A DNA stretch of 20,000 nucleotides from an uncultured virus (IMG/VR IMGVR_UViG_3300028840_003366) (taxonomy: Duplodnaviria > Heunggongvirae > Uroviricota > Caudoviricetes): IMG/VR virus record IMGVR_UViG_3300028840_003366; one strand, given 5' to 3'. Positions 1 through 7,366 of the stretch are shown piece after piece (position 1 is the stretch's first letter; every line of letters begins with the position of its first letter). A model generated the notes under the pieces. It was not told the origin of the DNA, ran no database searches, and worked only from the letters and a program-made list of their open reading frames with translations. The translations under genes were made by a program, and so were the position numbers.

Positions 1-243
1 CATGACCTTGAACCACCTGGCCCAGAAGTCTATGAATGGGAAAGGCTTGATGATTTTCTCAAAGGATGGAAACAATATCTCCACAAACCTATGGGCCATG
101 TAGGCAATGGCCATCAGATTCCATGGACGGGTTTGTTCTCAAGGAAAGAGATACCATTGGATGAATTGAATAAAGCAATGGAGCCAGAGTCAATACGGCT
201 TTGGAAAGAACATACACCTTTGGTAGAGATGACAAATGATTGA
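1..243 (+). CDS. 5'-truncated hypothetical protein, last part of the gene upstream in the glycan-modification operon
   Basis: Frame 1 is open from base 1 (HDLEPPGPEVYEWERLDDFLKGW...EMTND) to TGA at 241-243, overlapping the next ATG at 236. Not in the ORF track because its start lies outside the window. Confidence 0.7.
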   Translation, partial: HDLEPPGPEVYEWERLDDFLKGWKQYLHKPMGHVGNGHQIPWTGLFSRKEIPLDELNKAMEPESIRLWKEHTPLVEMTND

Positions 244-1006
244 CTTGGTAGCAGGATATGCCCGTGGATATAATGCTGATGAAATCCGGCCTTTCCTGAA
301 GTCACTTCGGAAAACTGGATACAATAGAAAAATCCTATTGTTTGCAGATGGGGAAGCAGCAGAGGAAGCAAAGAATTGGGATGTGGATTTATTTGAAGTC
401 CCTGCGCTCAAAGTCAAAGTCCATTCTGATAGGTTCTTATGCTTGGAAAGAGTGTTGAGTGATTATCCCTGTGAAGGCATTTTCCTTTCTGATACCCGTG
501 ATGTCATCTTCCAGAAGAATCCTGCTTTGAATCTTCCTTCTGATGGGCTGAATGTCTATGAAGAGGATCAAAGCATGAGCTTGGGAATATGCCCTTACAA
601 TTCCAAGTGGATTAAACTGGGGTATGGTGAAGATGTATTGAAAGAGATGGGAGCCTATCCAATATCATGCGTAGGGACAACCTGCGGTGATAGGGATTCC
701 GTGCTTCATTATCTGAAGAAACTGAAGGAAGAGATTGAGAGAATTCAACCCAAGACAACCCATCCTCAGGATCAAGCCGCTCACAATTATCTTATCAGAA
801 AAGACTTGGCTGACCTTCAGATTGCTTCCCAACTTCGGGTATGGAATAATGAAGAGGGAGAGATATACACGGTTGGCTACATTCCCCGTGGGACAGTGCA
901 ATTGAGAAACAATAAAATCATCAACAAAGCAGGAGTTGCTCCAACGGTAATTCATCAATGGGATAGACACCGCAATCTTGAAAATCTAGTGAGGTTGGTT
1001 TTATGA
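236..1006 (+). CDS. Putative GT-A-fold glycosyltransferase
   Basis: IFLSDTRDVIFQKNP (DxRD metal/nucleotide-sugar-type motif), DQAAHNYL and C-terminal VIHQWDR, a motif set typical of uncharacterised phage/giant-virus glycosyltransferase-like proteins. Confidence 0.65.
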   Translation: MIDLVAGYARGYNADEIRPFLKSLRKTGYNRKILLFADGEAAEEAKNWDVDLFEVPALKVKVHSDRFLCLERVLSDYPCEGIFLSDTRDVIFQKNPALNLPSDGLNVYEEDQSMSLGICPYNSKWIKLGYGEDVLKEMGAYPISCVGTTCGDRDSVLHYLKKLKEEIERIQPKTTHPQDQAAHNYLIRKDLADLQIASQLRVWNNEEGEIYTVGYIPRGTVQLRNNKIINKAGVAPTVIHQWDRHRNLENLVRLVL

Positions 1007-1770
1007 GAACATTCATCAACAATCAGAGACTGGCTCAGCTGGCTGGAGTGAATTTCGATTCAGAGGAAATCAAAGAAGGCCCAATTGTATATTCCCGGAC
1101 TCATACAATTGCTTCCCAATTCTCCAAGCTGTCCAAGTTCCCTGATTGTGTCTTAATCACCAGCTTCTCAGATGCAGAATGTACGGTGGCTATGTCTAGG
1201 AGATTGCCACCAAACGTTCGGAGATGGTTTAGCAATAATGTTTCAGCCCATCATCCACGCATTACTGCTATTCCCATAGGATTGAGAACATCTCCAGAAG
1301 GCGAAGTGAAATTGAGAGAGGCTATGAACAGAGGGAGATTGCCTCAGCGTAATCTGGTATATATGAATTTCTTCAGGAGAATTCACCGTTCACAAAATCC
1401 ACGCAAAGGATTATATGAGATGTTTGGAGGAAAGGATTGGGTGACAACTGAAGGCGGATTTGATCATATGCCAATGGATCATTTCTATGAACAAATGCTT
1501 TCCCATCCATACATTCTTTCTCCTCCTGGAGCTGGTCCAGATTGTCACCGTCACTGGGAGTCTATCCTGTTGGGCTCAATCCCTATTGTACTGAAGAGTC
1601 CAGCCATGAAAATTCTGTATGGCCTTCCTTGTCTTCAGGTCAATAATTGGGCTGAGGTGACAGAAGAGAGATTGGTAGCTGAACTTCCCGAATTACAAAA
1701 GCTGTTTCAGAGTCCATTGATGGAAATATGCTATTTTGAATACTGGAAACAGCAGATATTGGAGGCGTAG
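1003..1770 (+). CDS. Exostosin-like (GT47) glycosyltransferase
   Basis: YILSPPGAGPDCHRHWESILLGSIPIV matches the GT47 C-terminal signature (F/Y-x-L-x-P-x-G...R-x-W/F-E-x-x-x-x-G-x-IPV). ATGA overlap with the upstream gene. Confidence 0.8.
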   Translation: MRTFINNQRLAQLAGVNFDSEEIKEGPIVYSRTHTIASQFSKLSKFPDCVLITSFSDAECTVAMSRRLPPNVRRWFSNNVSAHHPRITAIPIGLRTSPEGEVKLREAMNRGRLPQRNLVYMNFFRRIHRSQNPRKGLYEMFGGKDWVTTEGGFDHMPMDHFYEQMLSHPYILSPPGAGPDCHRHWESILLGSIPIVLKSPAMKILYGLPCLQVNNWAEVTEERLVAELPELQKLFQSPLMEICYFEYWKQQILEA

Positions 1771-2376
1771 ATGGCTCAGCAAATTGTGATGTGTGGAATT
1801 CCCCGTAGTGGATCAACGTTGGTATGGCAAATTCTTCAAGCTGTCTTTCCTAATGAAGCCATTCCAAAGACCCATCCTGATGTATGGGAGCCTGATGGTT
1901 CCACAGTCATTGTTTCTATTCGCAATCCATTTGATGTGGTTGCTTCTCTATTGAGAGTCCGGCTGAGCAGGGAAAGAAGAAACACTCCTGATGAAAATGA
2001 TATTGAGAACGTATTGGGAAGGACAACCCTGTGCTTTGAAAGGTTGGATGGTCTATTGTATGGACCTCATGCTTTGCTTCGGTATGAGTATTTTTATAAG
2101 GATTATTCTCTCATATACGATATGATCAGAAGTGTGTTTGGACTGTATATATCTCCAAATAATCGAAAGAAAATCAATCAACAATTCAGTCTGGAAAGAA
2201 ACAGGGAAAGAGCTGATGCTTTGAAAGATTTTAGTGAAGTTGATGGAGATCAAATCCACGGTGATCATATTGGTCATGTCATTCCTGGATATTGGGAAGA
2301 GTATTTGCCTGATTGGAGTTTCAGCCGGGTAGTAGAAGTCTGTGAACCAATATGCAGGGAATGGGGTTATGAATAA
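1771..2376 (+). CDS. PAPS-dependent sulfotransferase, paralog 1
   Basis: 5'-PSB loop CGIPRSGSTLV, 3'-PB motif IRNPFDVVAS, LLRYE motif, GGAGG RBS at 1761-1765. Confidence 0.85.
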   Translation: MAQQIVMCGIPRSGSTLVWQILQAVFPNEAIPKTHPDVWEPDGSTVIVSIRNPFDVVASLLRVRLSRERRNTPDENDIENVLGRTTLCFERLDGLLYGPHALLRYEYFYKDYSLIYDMIRSVFGLYISPNNRKKINQQFSLERNRERADALKDFSEVDGDQIHGDHIGHVIPGYWEEYLPDWSFSRVVEVCEPICREWGYE

Positions 2377-3004
2377 GATTGTAGCGTGTGGTATTCCTCG
2401 AAGTGGATCAACGTTGGTATGGTTGCTGCTTCAAAAAATACTAGATAGACAAGTGATCAAAGCTCATCCTGCTTCGTGGTCTCCTGAACCTTGTGAATTG
2501 ATTGTCAGTTCAATTCGCCATCCCTATGATACAGCAGCTAGTTGTTTCCGTACTCGTATCGTAGGAAAAGGGGATGGGTCATTGGAAAATTCTCAATGCA
2601 CCAAACAAGGTTTGACAGCTGAATTGAATATGATGAACAGCAACTTTGAAGCTCTGAAATTATGGATACAAAAATATCCTGGTAAAGTAGTGATACTTCG
2701 CTATGAAGAATTCTTTGATAATTTCAATGTCATCTTTCATATGATCAAAGAGCAATTGGGAGTAGATGTTCCAACATCTCAAAGGAAAGCTCTCATTCAG
2801 AAATATTCATTTGAGTCCAATAGAAAGAAAAGTCTTCAAATCAATCCTGGGGAAAGCATCGAACGTATGGGGACATCTCATGTAGCTGTCGGTGTTCCTG
2901 GTTCATGGAAATCCATTATACCATTCTGGGGATATGATTTGATGAAAAAATGGTGTGATCCTATATGCAAAGAATGGGGATATATGAAATATGAGAATCA
3001 ATAA
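2369..3004 (+). CDS. PAPS-dependent sulfotransferase, paralog 2
   Basis: CGIPRSGSTLV, IRHPYDTAAS, ILRYEEF and GVPGSWK motifs. Start moved from 2342 to ATG 2369 (MNKIVACG) by alignment with paralog 1. Confidence 0.85.
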   Translation: MNKIVACGIPRSGSTLVWLLLQKILDRQVIKAHPASWSPEPCELIVSSIRHPYDTAASCFRTRIVGKGDGSLENSQCTKQGLTAELNMMNSNFEALKLWIQKYPGKVVILRYEEFFDNFNVIFHMIKEQLGVDVPTSQRKALIQKYSFESNRKKSLQINPGESIERMGTSHVAVGVPGSWKSIIPFWGYDLMKKWCDPICKEWGYMKYENQ

Positions 3005-3614
3005 GCATTTCGGGTTTGTATTTATCTCAACACCAAAGGCCTGCACTCATACCATTTACAAAATTCTGGATGAGCATTATTCAGAAGGATTGATTGAAGA
3101 TGGATTTCATAATAACAAGATACCTGATTTATATCAATCCTATTTTCGTTGGACAATCTGTCGCAATCCATATTCAAGAATGGTGAGTGTTTGGTGGAGT
3201 GCCTGCAGACTTGCCCACAAGGATCAGTATGGATTCCGAAAGAGATGTGGAGCCAAGGATGATTTCAATCAGTTTGTGCGTTGGTTGGTTGAATTGCCAT
3301 TGAGAAAACGTCAACGTGATCCTTTAATGATGAATCAATCCGAATGGCTTTGGGATATAGAGCCTGTTGTTTCAATCCGAATGGAGAATTTGGAAGATGG
3401 TTTGAAGCATCTTCCCTTTTGGAAAAATGGAATTGAGATTCCACAGTTGAATACTACAGATGAGAAAATACCAGACCGTGAAGAAGAGGAAGGACAAACA
3501 ATTATCAAACCACCTTGGCAAGAATTCTATCAAGACAAGAATATTCAGGAAGCAGTGATGAAATTCTCTGAGCCTGATTTTGCAAGGTTTGGATATTCAG
3601 AAGAGATACCATGA
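2991..3614 (+). CDS. Sulfotransferase family 2 (carbohydrate sulfotransferase-like)
   Basis: FVFISTPKACTHTI (PK-x-x-x-T/S 5'-PSB), RNPYSRMVSVW (3'-PB), IRMENL and C-terminal DFARFGY, the Sulfotransfer_2 motif order. Confidence 0.82.
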   Translation: MRINKHFGFVFISTPKACTHTIYKILDEHYSEGLIEDGFHNNKIPDLYQSYFRWTICRNPYSRMVSVWWSACRLAHKDQYGFRKRCGAKDDFNQFVRWLVELPLRKRQRDPLMMNQSEWLWDIEPVVSIRMENLEDGLKHLPFWKNGIEIPQLNTTDEKIPDREEEEGQTIIKPPWQEFYQDKNIQEAVMKFSEPDFARFGYSEEIP

Positions 3615-4288
3615 AAAAGGGTTCAAAACACACAACTGAAACTCGTATGAAAATGAGCAAAGCTCATAAAGGAGTAAAGCGTGCTAAACATACGGCCGAA
3701 ACACGTATGAAAATAGGCAAAGCTAACAAAGGAAAGAAGCGTACTGAAGAAGTTAAAAGAAAACTAAGCATATCTCATTTAGGTCATAAGGCTTGGAATA
3801 AAGGAAAGTCACTATCTAAAGAGATAAGAAGAAAAATGAGTGAAGCTCATAAGGGTCATTGTTTTTCTAAACAAACTCGTGCCAAACTAAGTAAGGCCAT
3901 GATTATGTCTATTAAAGAAGGGAGCAGACATCCAGAACGAAATGGTGTTTCAGGTGATTTCTATTCAAAGAAAAACAAAAAGACTCTTCACTATCGTTCT
4001 CAATTAGAAATGAATTGGTATCAACTTCTGGAACAAATGAACAAGGTCAAAGCATATCATGTAGAGCCTTATATTATTCCTTATAAGTTTGAAGGTTTAA
4101 CTAAACATTATCTACCTGACCTAAGAATTGTTTATACAGATGGAACTTTTGAACTGGTTGAAATCAAACCAGAATCACTTTGGAATAATCCTAAGAATCA
4201 AGCCAAGTGGAAAGCAGCAAGACGTTGGTGTAAGAAACAAATTATTAAAACTACTTTCAAAGTAGTTGGGTATGAGGGGTTGAATTGA
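3611..4288 (+). CDS. Free-standing homing-type endonuclease: NUMOD3 repeats plus TnsA-like/T4 gp4-like PD-(D/E)XK nuclease domain
   Basis: About five NUMOD3-like repeats (HTTETRMKMSKAHKG, HTAETRMKIGKANKG, RTEEVKRKLSISHLG, LSKEIRRKMSEAHKG, FSKQTRAKLSKA), then YRSQLE...YLPDL...LVEIKP...NQAKWKAARRWC. Confidence 0.82.
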   Translation: MKKGSKHTTETRMKMSKAHKGVKRAKHTAETRMKIGKANKGKKRTEEVKRKLSISHLGHKAWNKGKSLSKEIRRKMSEAHKGHCFSKQTRAKLSKAMIMSIKEGSRHPERNGVSGDFYSKKNKKTLHYRSQLEMNWYQLLEQMNKVKAYHVEPYIIPYKFEGLTKHYLPDLRIVYTDGTFELVEIKPESLWNNPKNQAKWKAARRWCKKQIIKTTFKVVGYEGLN

Positions 4289-4938
4289 TGAAACGTTTGA
4301 TTAGCTTCAGCGTGTACGGAAACAAACCTATGTATAATGAGGGAGCCATTGCGAACGCAAAACTGGCTCCCAAAATATATCCGGGATGGATTGTGAGAGT
4401 GTACTGTGGTAGGAAAGTGACGTGCAAGGAAAAACTGATTGATATGGGTTGCGAAGTGATTCAGATGAGGCATTCCCGAATGCATTCAGGAATGTTCTGG
4501 AGATTCCTTGCGGCCTGGGATGAGAAGGCTGAGCGTGTCATCTTTCGTGATACAGATTCCCGGTTGAATGTAAGGGAAGCAGCTGCAGTGAAAGCGTGGG
4601 AGAAGTCCGGCTTGATGGCCCACTCAATGCATGACCATCCACATCACTGCAACCTTCCCTTTCAGGGAGGAATGTGGGGAATCAAAACAGGTATTCTTCC
4701 TGCTGAGATGATGGATATGGTTGTGTTGATGGGAAGAAAGCCACAGGGGAGAATCAAAGACATGAGATTTTTGAATGAGCATGTCTATCCATTGGTATGC
4801 AGTTCAACTCTCCGGCATTCTTCTCAGGTTTTGAAGAAATGGAGTTGGGACAAATTCCCTTCTCATCCGAAGTTTGAGGGATTTGTTGGTCAACAATATG
4901 ACAACGAAGGAAATCCAATCTGGCCTGAAGTGAAATGA
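4288..4938 (+). CDS. Conserved putative glycosyltransferase (ISFS-x-Y/WG...RDxDSR family)
   Basis: ISFSVYG, YPGWIVRVY, GMFWRFLA, IFRDTDSR (DxD), HDHPHH, GGMWG. ATG at 4288 overlaps the upstream TGA. Confidence 0.65.
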   Translation: MKRLISFSVYGNKPMYNEGAIANAKLAPKIYPGWIVRVYCGRKVTCKEKLIDMGCEVIQMRHSRMHSGMFWRFLAAWDEKAERVIFRDTDSRLNVREAAAVKAWEKSGLMAHSMHDHPHHCNLPFQGGMWGIKTGILPAEMMDMVVLMGRKPQGRIKDMRFLNEHVYPLVCSSTLRHSSQVLKKWSWDKFPSHPKFEGFVGQQYDNEGNPIWPEVK

Positions 4939-4940
4939 AA

Positions 4941-5009
4941 TTGGTGGGGCGTGAGGAACCTTCCCTATGAGTGTTCAGCCAACTCTCAAAAAAGACCCAG
5001 CCCCACCAA
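4941..5009. terminator. Inverted repeat between convergent operons, probable terminator or structured 3' end
   Basis: TTGGTGGGGC (4941-4950) is the exact reverse complement of GCCCCACCAA (5000-5009), followed by TATTTT. The 49-nt interior has further small hairpins. Confidence 0.5.
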
Positions 5010-5014
5010 CTATT

Positions 5015-5242
5015 TTATACACACCAATTGCAGATCATATAACCACAGGTAGGACAGGTACATCCATAGCATTCATCACTGAGCGGCTCAAATTCAATAT
5101 TATTATCTTTTAATTCTTTTCTACTTCTGATTCTCCATTCTTTACAAGCTCTATCCATATTCCAATTGTCTTCAGGATATTTGAGATTTATTTCCTTTTC
5201 AATTTCGTGACATTTACAATTCTTATCAATATATGGTTTCAT
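5015..5242 (-). CDS. Hypothetical Cys-rich protein (Zn-binding)
   Basis: CKC at the N-terminus and CYGCTCPTCGYMICNWC at the C-terminus. AGGAGG RBS upstream. Confidence 0.7.
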   Translation of the reverse strand: MKPYIDKNCKCHEIEKEINLKYPEDNWNMDRACKEWRIRSRKELKDNNIEFEPLSDECYGCTCPTCGYMICNWCV

Positions 5243-5810
5243 CCTCTCCTCCTTTCAGTTCAACCACCTTCCCAATTTTGAGTTCTTCTGAATGTGTCAC
5301 CTGAATAAATTGAATGCTAAACTCCTTTGACAACATCTCTAGCATCTCCGGCACCCGTTCCAAGTACCCGTTAGCCTTCGACACATTTCCAAAGGGCTGA
5401 TCCAGAATTTCTATTGGAGTTATTCCTTTGTTGGAAAGAAGCAATGAGGAAAGCCGAAGAGCAAACGCCACGACATCAATCACTCCCCCACCCACATTCT
5501 TCCTCTCACGACCATCCCGAATGAAAACCAATTCGGCCTCAGTCTTTCCCCGTTTGGATTGAAAACGGATTTGGAATTCATACGGATCATCGAAGATAGT
5601 TTGAAGGCATTTGTTGACAATGGTTGTTATCCGCTTATGAACCTGCTGTTGGATTTGCTCTGCTGCCTCCTGGGCCAGCCCTTGGGCCTCTAATACGTCT
5701 GACAAGCTCATTTTGGCCTCTTCTAGCCTGTTTCTCTCTGAATCAAGCTCTTTACACGTATTTTCATACTCTCGCTTTAGAGAGGCGATTTTGGCTTTCA
5801 GATGGTTCAT
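5226..5810 (-). CDS. sbcC: SbcC/Rad50 C-terminal ATPase half (split gene)
   Basis: N-terminal coiled coil, signature-like VGGGVIDVVAFALRL, Walker B-like EILDQPF, H-loop IQFIQVTH. Confidence 0.85.
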   Translation of the reverse strand: MNHLKAKIASLKREYENTCKELDSERNRLEEAKMSLSDVLEAQGLAQEAAEQIQQQVHKRITTIVNKCLQTIFDDPYEFQIRFQSKRGKTEAELVFIRDGRERKNVGGGVIDVVAFALRLSSLLLSNKGITPIEILDQPFGNVSKANGYLERVPEMLEMLSKEFSIQFIQVTHSEELKIGKVVELKGGEDETIY

Positions 5811-5989
5811 TTATTAACTTTCATTTCAAAACCTTCTTTTGAGCCGCACCAGGGACAATAATGAAGAGGAGTAAGTGACTTCCAACCACATGTCTTGCAC
5901 TTTAGCAATTTGGAATGGAAGTATAGTCCACGCAGACCCCAACCGATACCAACACCTGTAAGATAAAGCAGTGTGTAGTAAAGTATCAT
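5807..5989 (-). CDS. Small membrane-anchored Zn-ribbon protein
   Basis: Hydrophobic N-terminal helix followed by CKTCG...CPWCG. ATGA-coupled to the upstream gene, and its TAA overlaps the downstream ATG. Confidence 0.65.
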   Translation of the reverse strand: MILYYTLLYLTGVGIGWGLRGLYFHSKLLKCKTCGWKSLTPLHYCPWCGSKEGFEMKVNK

Positions 5990-6177
5990 TTCATTTCCTC
6001 TCTGAGTGCTTTTTCTAAAGCAATATGAATCTTGTTTGTATCAAGCCATTCTATCACTTTGATCTTATCTCTGATTTCGCTATATGGTTGTTGTCCTGCT
6101 CCTAGGATATTCAATGAGCAAGGCACTTGCAATCCTTCAAGCAATTCTGCTAGCAATTCAATCAATGTCTTTTTCAT
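5986..6177 (-). CDS. Hypothetical protein
   Basis: Tiles between its neighbours. GAGG RBS upstream. Confidence 0.6.
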   Translation of the reverse strand: MKKTLIELLAELLEGLQVPCSLNILGAGQQPYSEIRDKIKVIEWLDTNKIHIALEKALREEMK

Positions 6178-6179
6178 CT

Positions 6180-6374
6180 TTAGTACCTCACCACTTCAGC
6201 AACTTGGCCGAAGGGAATATTGTGGATATGGGGAGATGTTTGTTTGTAGTACTCCTTTACCAGTACTGTGTTCTCATGTGGCTTTGGTGATTTTTCTAAT
6301 CTTGCGAAGTTTCCGTTTTGCAGTTTTAATCTTGAACCTTCTCTTACCTGCAACCTTGATTTTTTTCTTCCCAT
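6180..6374 (-). CDS. Hypothetical protein (64 aa, MGRKKSRLQVREG...)
   Basis: AAGGAG RBS precedes the ATG at 6374, so it is preferred over the track start at 6452. Confidence 0.6.
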   Translation of the reverse strand: MGRKKSRLQVREGSRLKLQNGNFARLEKSPKPHENTVLVKEYYKQTSPHIHNIPFGQVAEVVRY

Positions 6375-6594
6375 GTTTCTTCTCCTTCTTTCTGAGATGA
6401 TTTTGTCCCTTGAATTCCTTGCTACTGACAGCCAGCCACTTACCATTGTCAAGCTTCTGGACTCTGTGTCTGCTTTTCCTGCAGTCTTTAACCGTCATCA
6501 AAGTGTTAGAATATCTTTTGATGATCTTACCAAATCTCCATCCCTCCCAGTAGAACCAGACCCAATGTTCTCCTTCTTTTCCTTTTGTTCTCAT
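6274..6594 (-). CDS. Hypothetical basic protein, possibly a small beta-barrel
   Basis: AGGAGG RBS and a TATAAT element upstream. The very basic tail overlaps the next gene. Confidence 0.6.
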   Translation of the reverse strand: MRTKGKEGEHWVWFYWEGWRFGKIIKRYSNTLMTVKDCRKSRHRVQKLDNGKWLAVSSKEFKGQNHLRKKEKKHGKKKIKVAGKRRFKIKTAKRKLRKIRKITKAT

Positions 6595-6611
6595 TAAACG
6601 TAATTCCTCCT

Positions 6612-6627
6612 ATACTATTATAATTTT
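6612..6627 (-). promoter_or_regulatory. Putative phage promoter AAAATTATAATAGTAT
   Basis: Intergenic TATAAT core immediately upstream of an RBS. A 15/16 identical copy is at 17653-17668. Confidence 0.55.
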
Positions 6628-6814
6628 ACAAATCCAAACCAAATTGATTATATATGATTTTTTTGATCAGATTGTGTATCAGCATACGCTCAGTGAGAAC
6701 CATCTGGCGCATACCATTCATCATAGGTTTCTCCAACGCCTTGGCTTTCTTCTGCTCTTGTCTCTTGAGGTAGTCTAGCAGACGGGTCTTGCTGAATCTC
6801 TCGGCCATCCTCAT
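6626..6814 (-). CDS. Hypothetical protein (island cassette 4)
   Basis: Starts within the repeated AGGAGAATGAGGATG junction motif. Confidence 0.7.
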   Translation of the reverse strand: MRMAERFSKTRLLDYLKRQEQKKAKALEKPMMNGMRQMVLTERMLIHNLIKKIIYNQFGLDL

Positions 6815-7026
6815 TCTCCTTCAATTTTGTCTTGAGCCCGGACACGGCGATAGAAACGGTCATATGGATCACTTTCAAACCTGACCACCCAGGATTCCCA
6901 TTCACTGCCGTCTTGGTTTGCTTGCTTCTCAATCAGTATTGCTCTGCCTTCTTCAACCGTCTTGCCTTCTAAGGTCTGATTATAGACCATGACCTAATCA
7001 CCCTTCTTCAATCCTGACATCTTCAT
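6811..7026 (-). pseudogene. 71-codon gene interrupted by one in-frame TAG (island cassette 3)
   Basis: MKMSGLKKGD*VMVYNQTLEGKTVEEGRAILIEKQ...WVVRFESDPYDRFYRRVRAQDKIEGE. It starts at the repeated RBS motif, ends by overlapping the next start, and has TAG at 6994-6996. Confidence 0.7.
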
Positions 7027-7030
7027 TCTC

Positions 7031-7366
7031 CTATGATTGACGATCAAGAGGAATATCACATGCACAATTCTTCCAGCTCAGGTGACACCGTGAGCAGATT
7101 TCAAACGGATTCTCTTCGGTTTCATAATACTCAAAATCAACTGAATCAATATTGTAGATGTGCCCACGCTTCAGTCCTGCATCTTCCAACGCTTTCCTGA
7201 TCTCTTGTGCCTTCTCCCCATCAACAGCTTGAACTCCATCACAATCCATCTTCAGTGTGGGAAACTGATCCATGATGAGGTCGTAGGCTTCCTCCGAATA
7301 CAAGTAGAAGGTATACATGCGGTTGGGATAGATACGCCCGTTGTGCTGAACCTTTGCCATCTTCAT
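7031..7366 (-). CDS. Hypothetical protein with C-terminal Cys cluster (island cassette 2)
   Basis: Starts at the repeated junction motif. CSRCHLSWKNCAC near the C-terminus. Confidence 0.75.
   Translation of the reverse strand: MKMAKVQHNGRIYPNRMYTFYLYSEEAYDLIMDQFPTLKMDCDGVQAVDGEKAQEIRKALEDAGLKRGHIYNIDSVDFEYYETEENPFEICSRCHLSWKNCACDIPLDRQS

Noticed and set aside
821..1119. 12-nt repeat ATTGCTTCCCAA in two adjacent GT genes
   Set aside because: It is short and isolated, with no flanking similarity, so it is compatible with chance.
3611..4288. Tn7-like transposon or group I intron
   Set aside because: There is no tnsB/tnsC or terminal repeats, no non-coding flanks for an intron core, and the neighbouring genes are complete.
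6690..6932. 80-aa - strand ORF in the track
   Set aside because: It has no RBS and overlaps two better-supported genes bounded by the junction motif.
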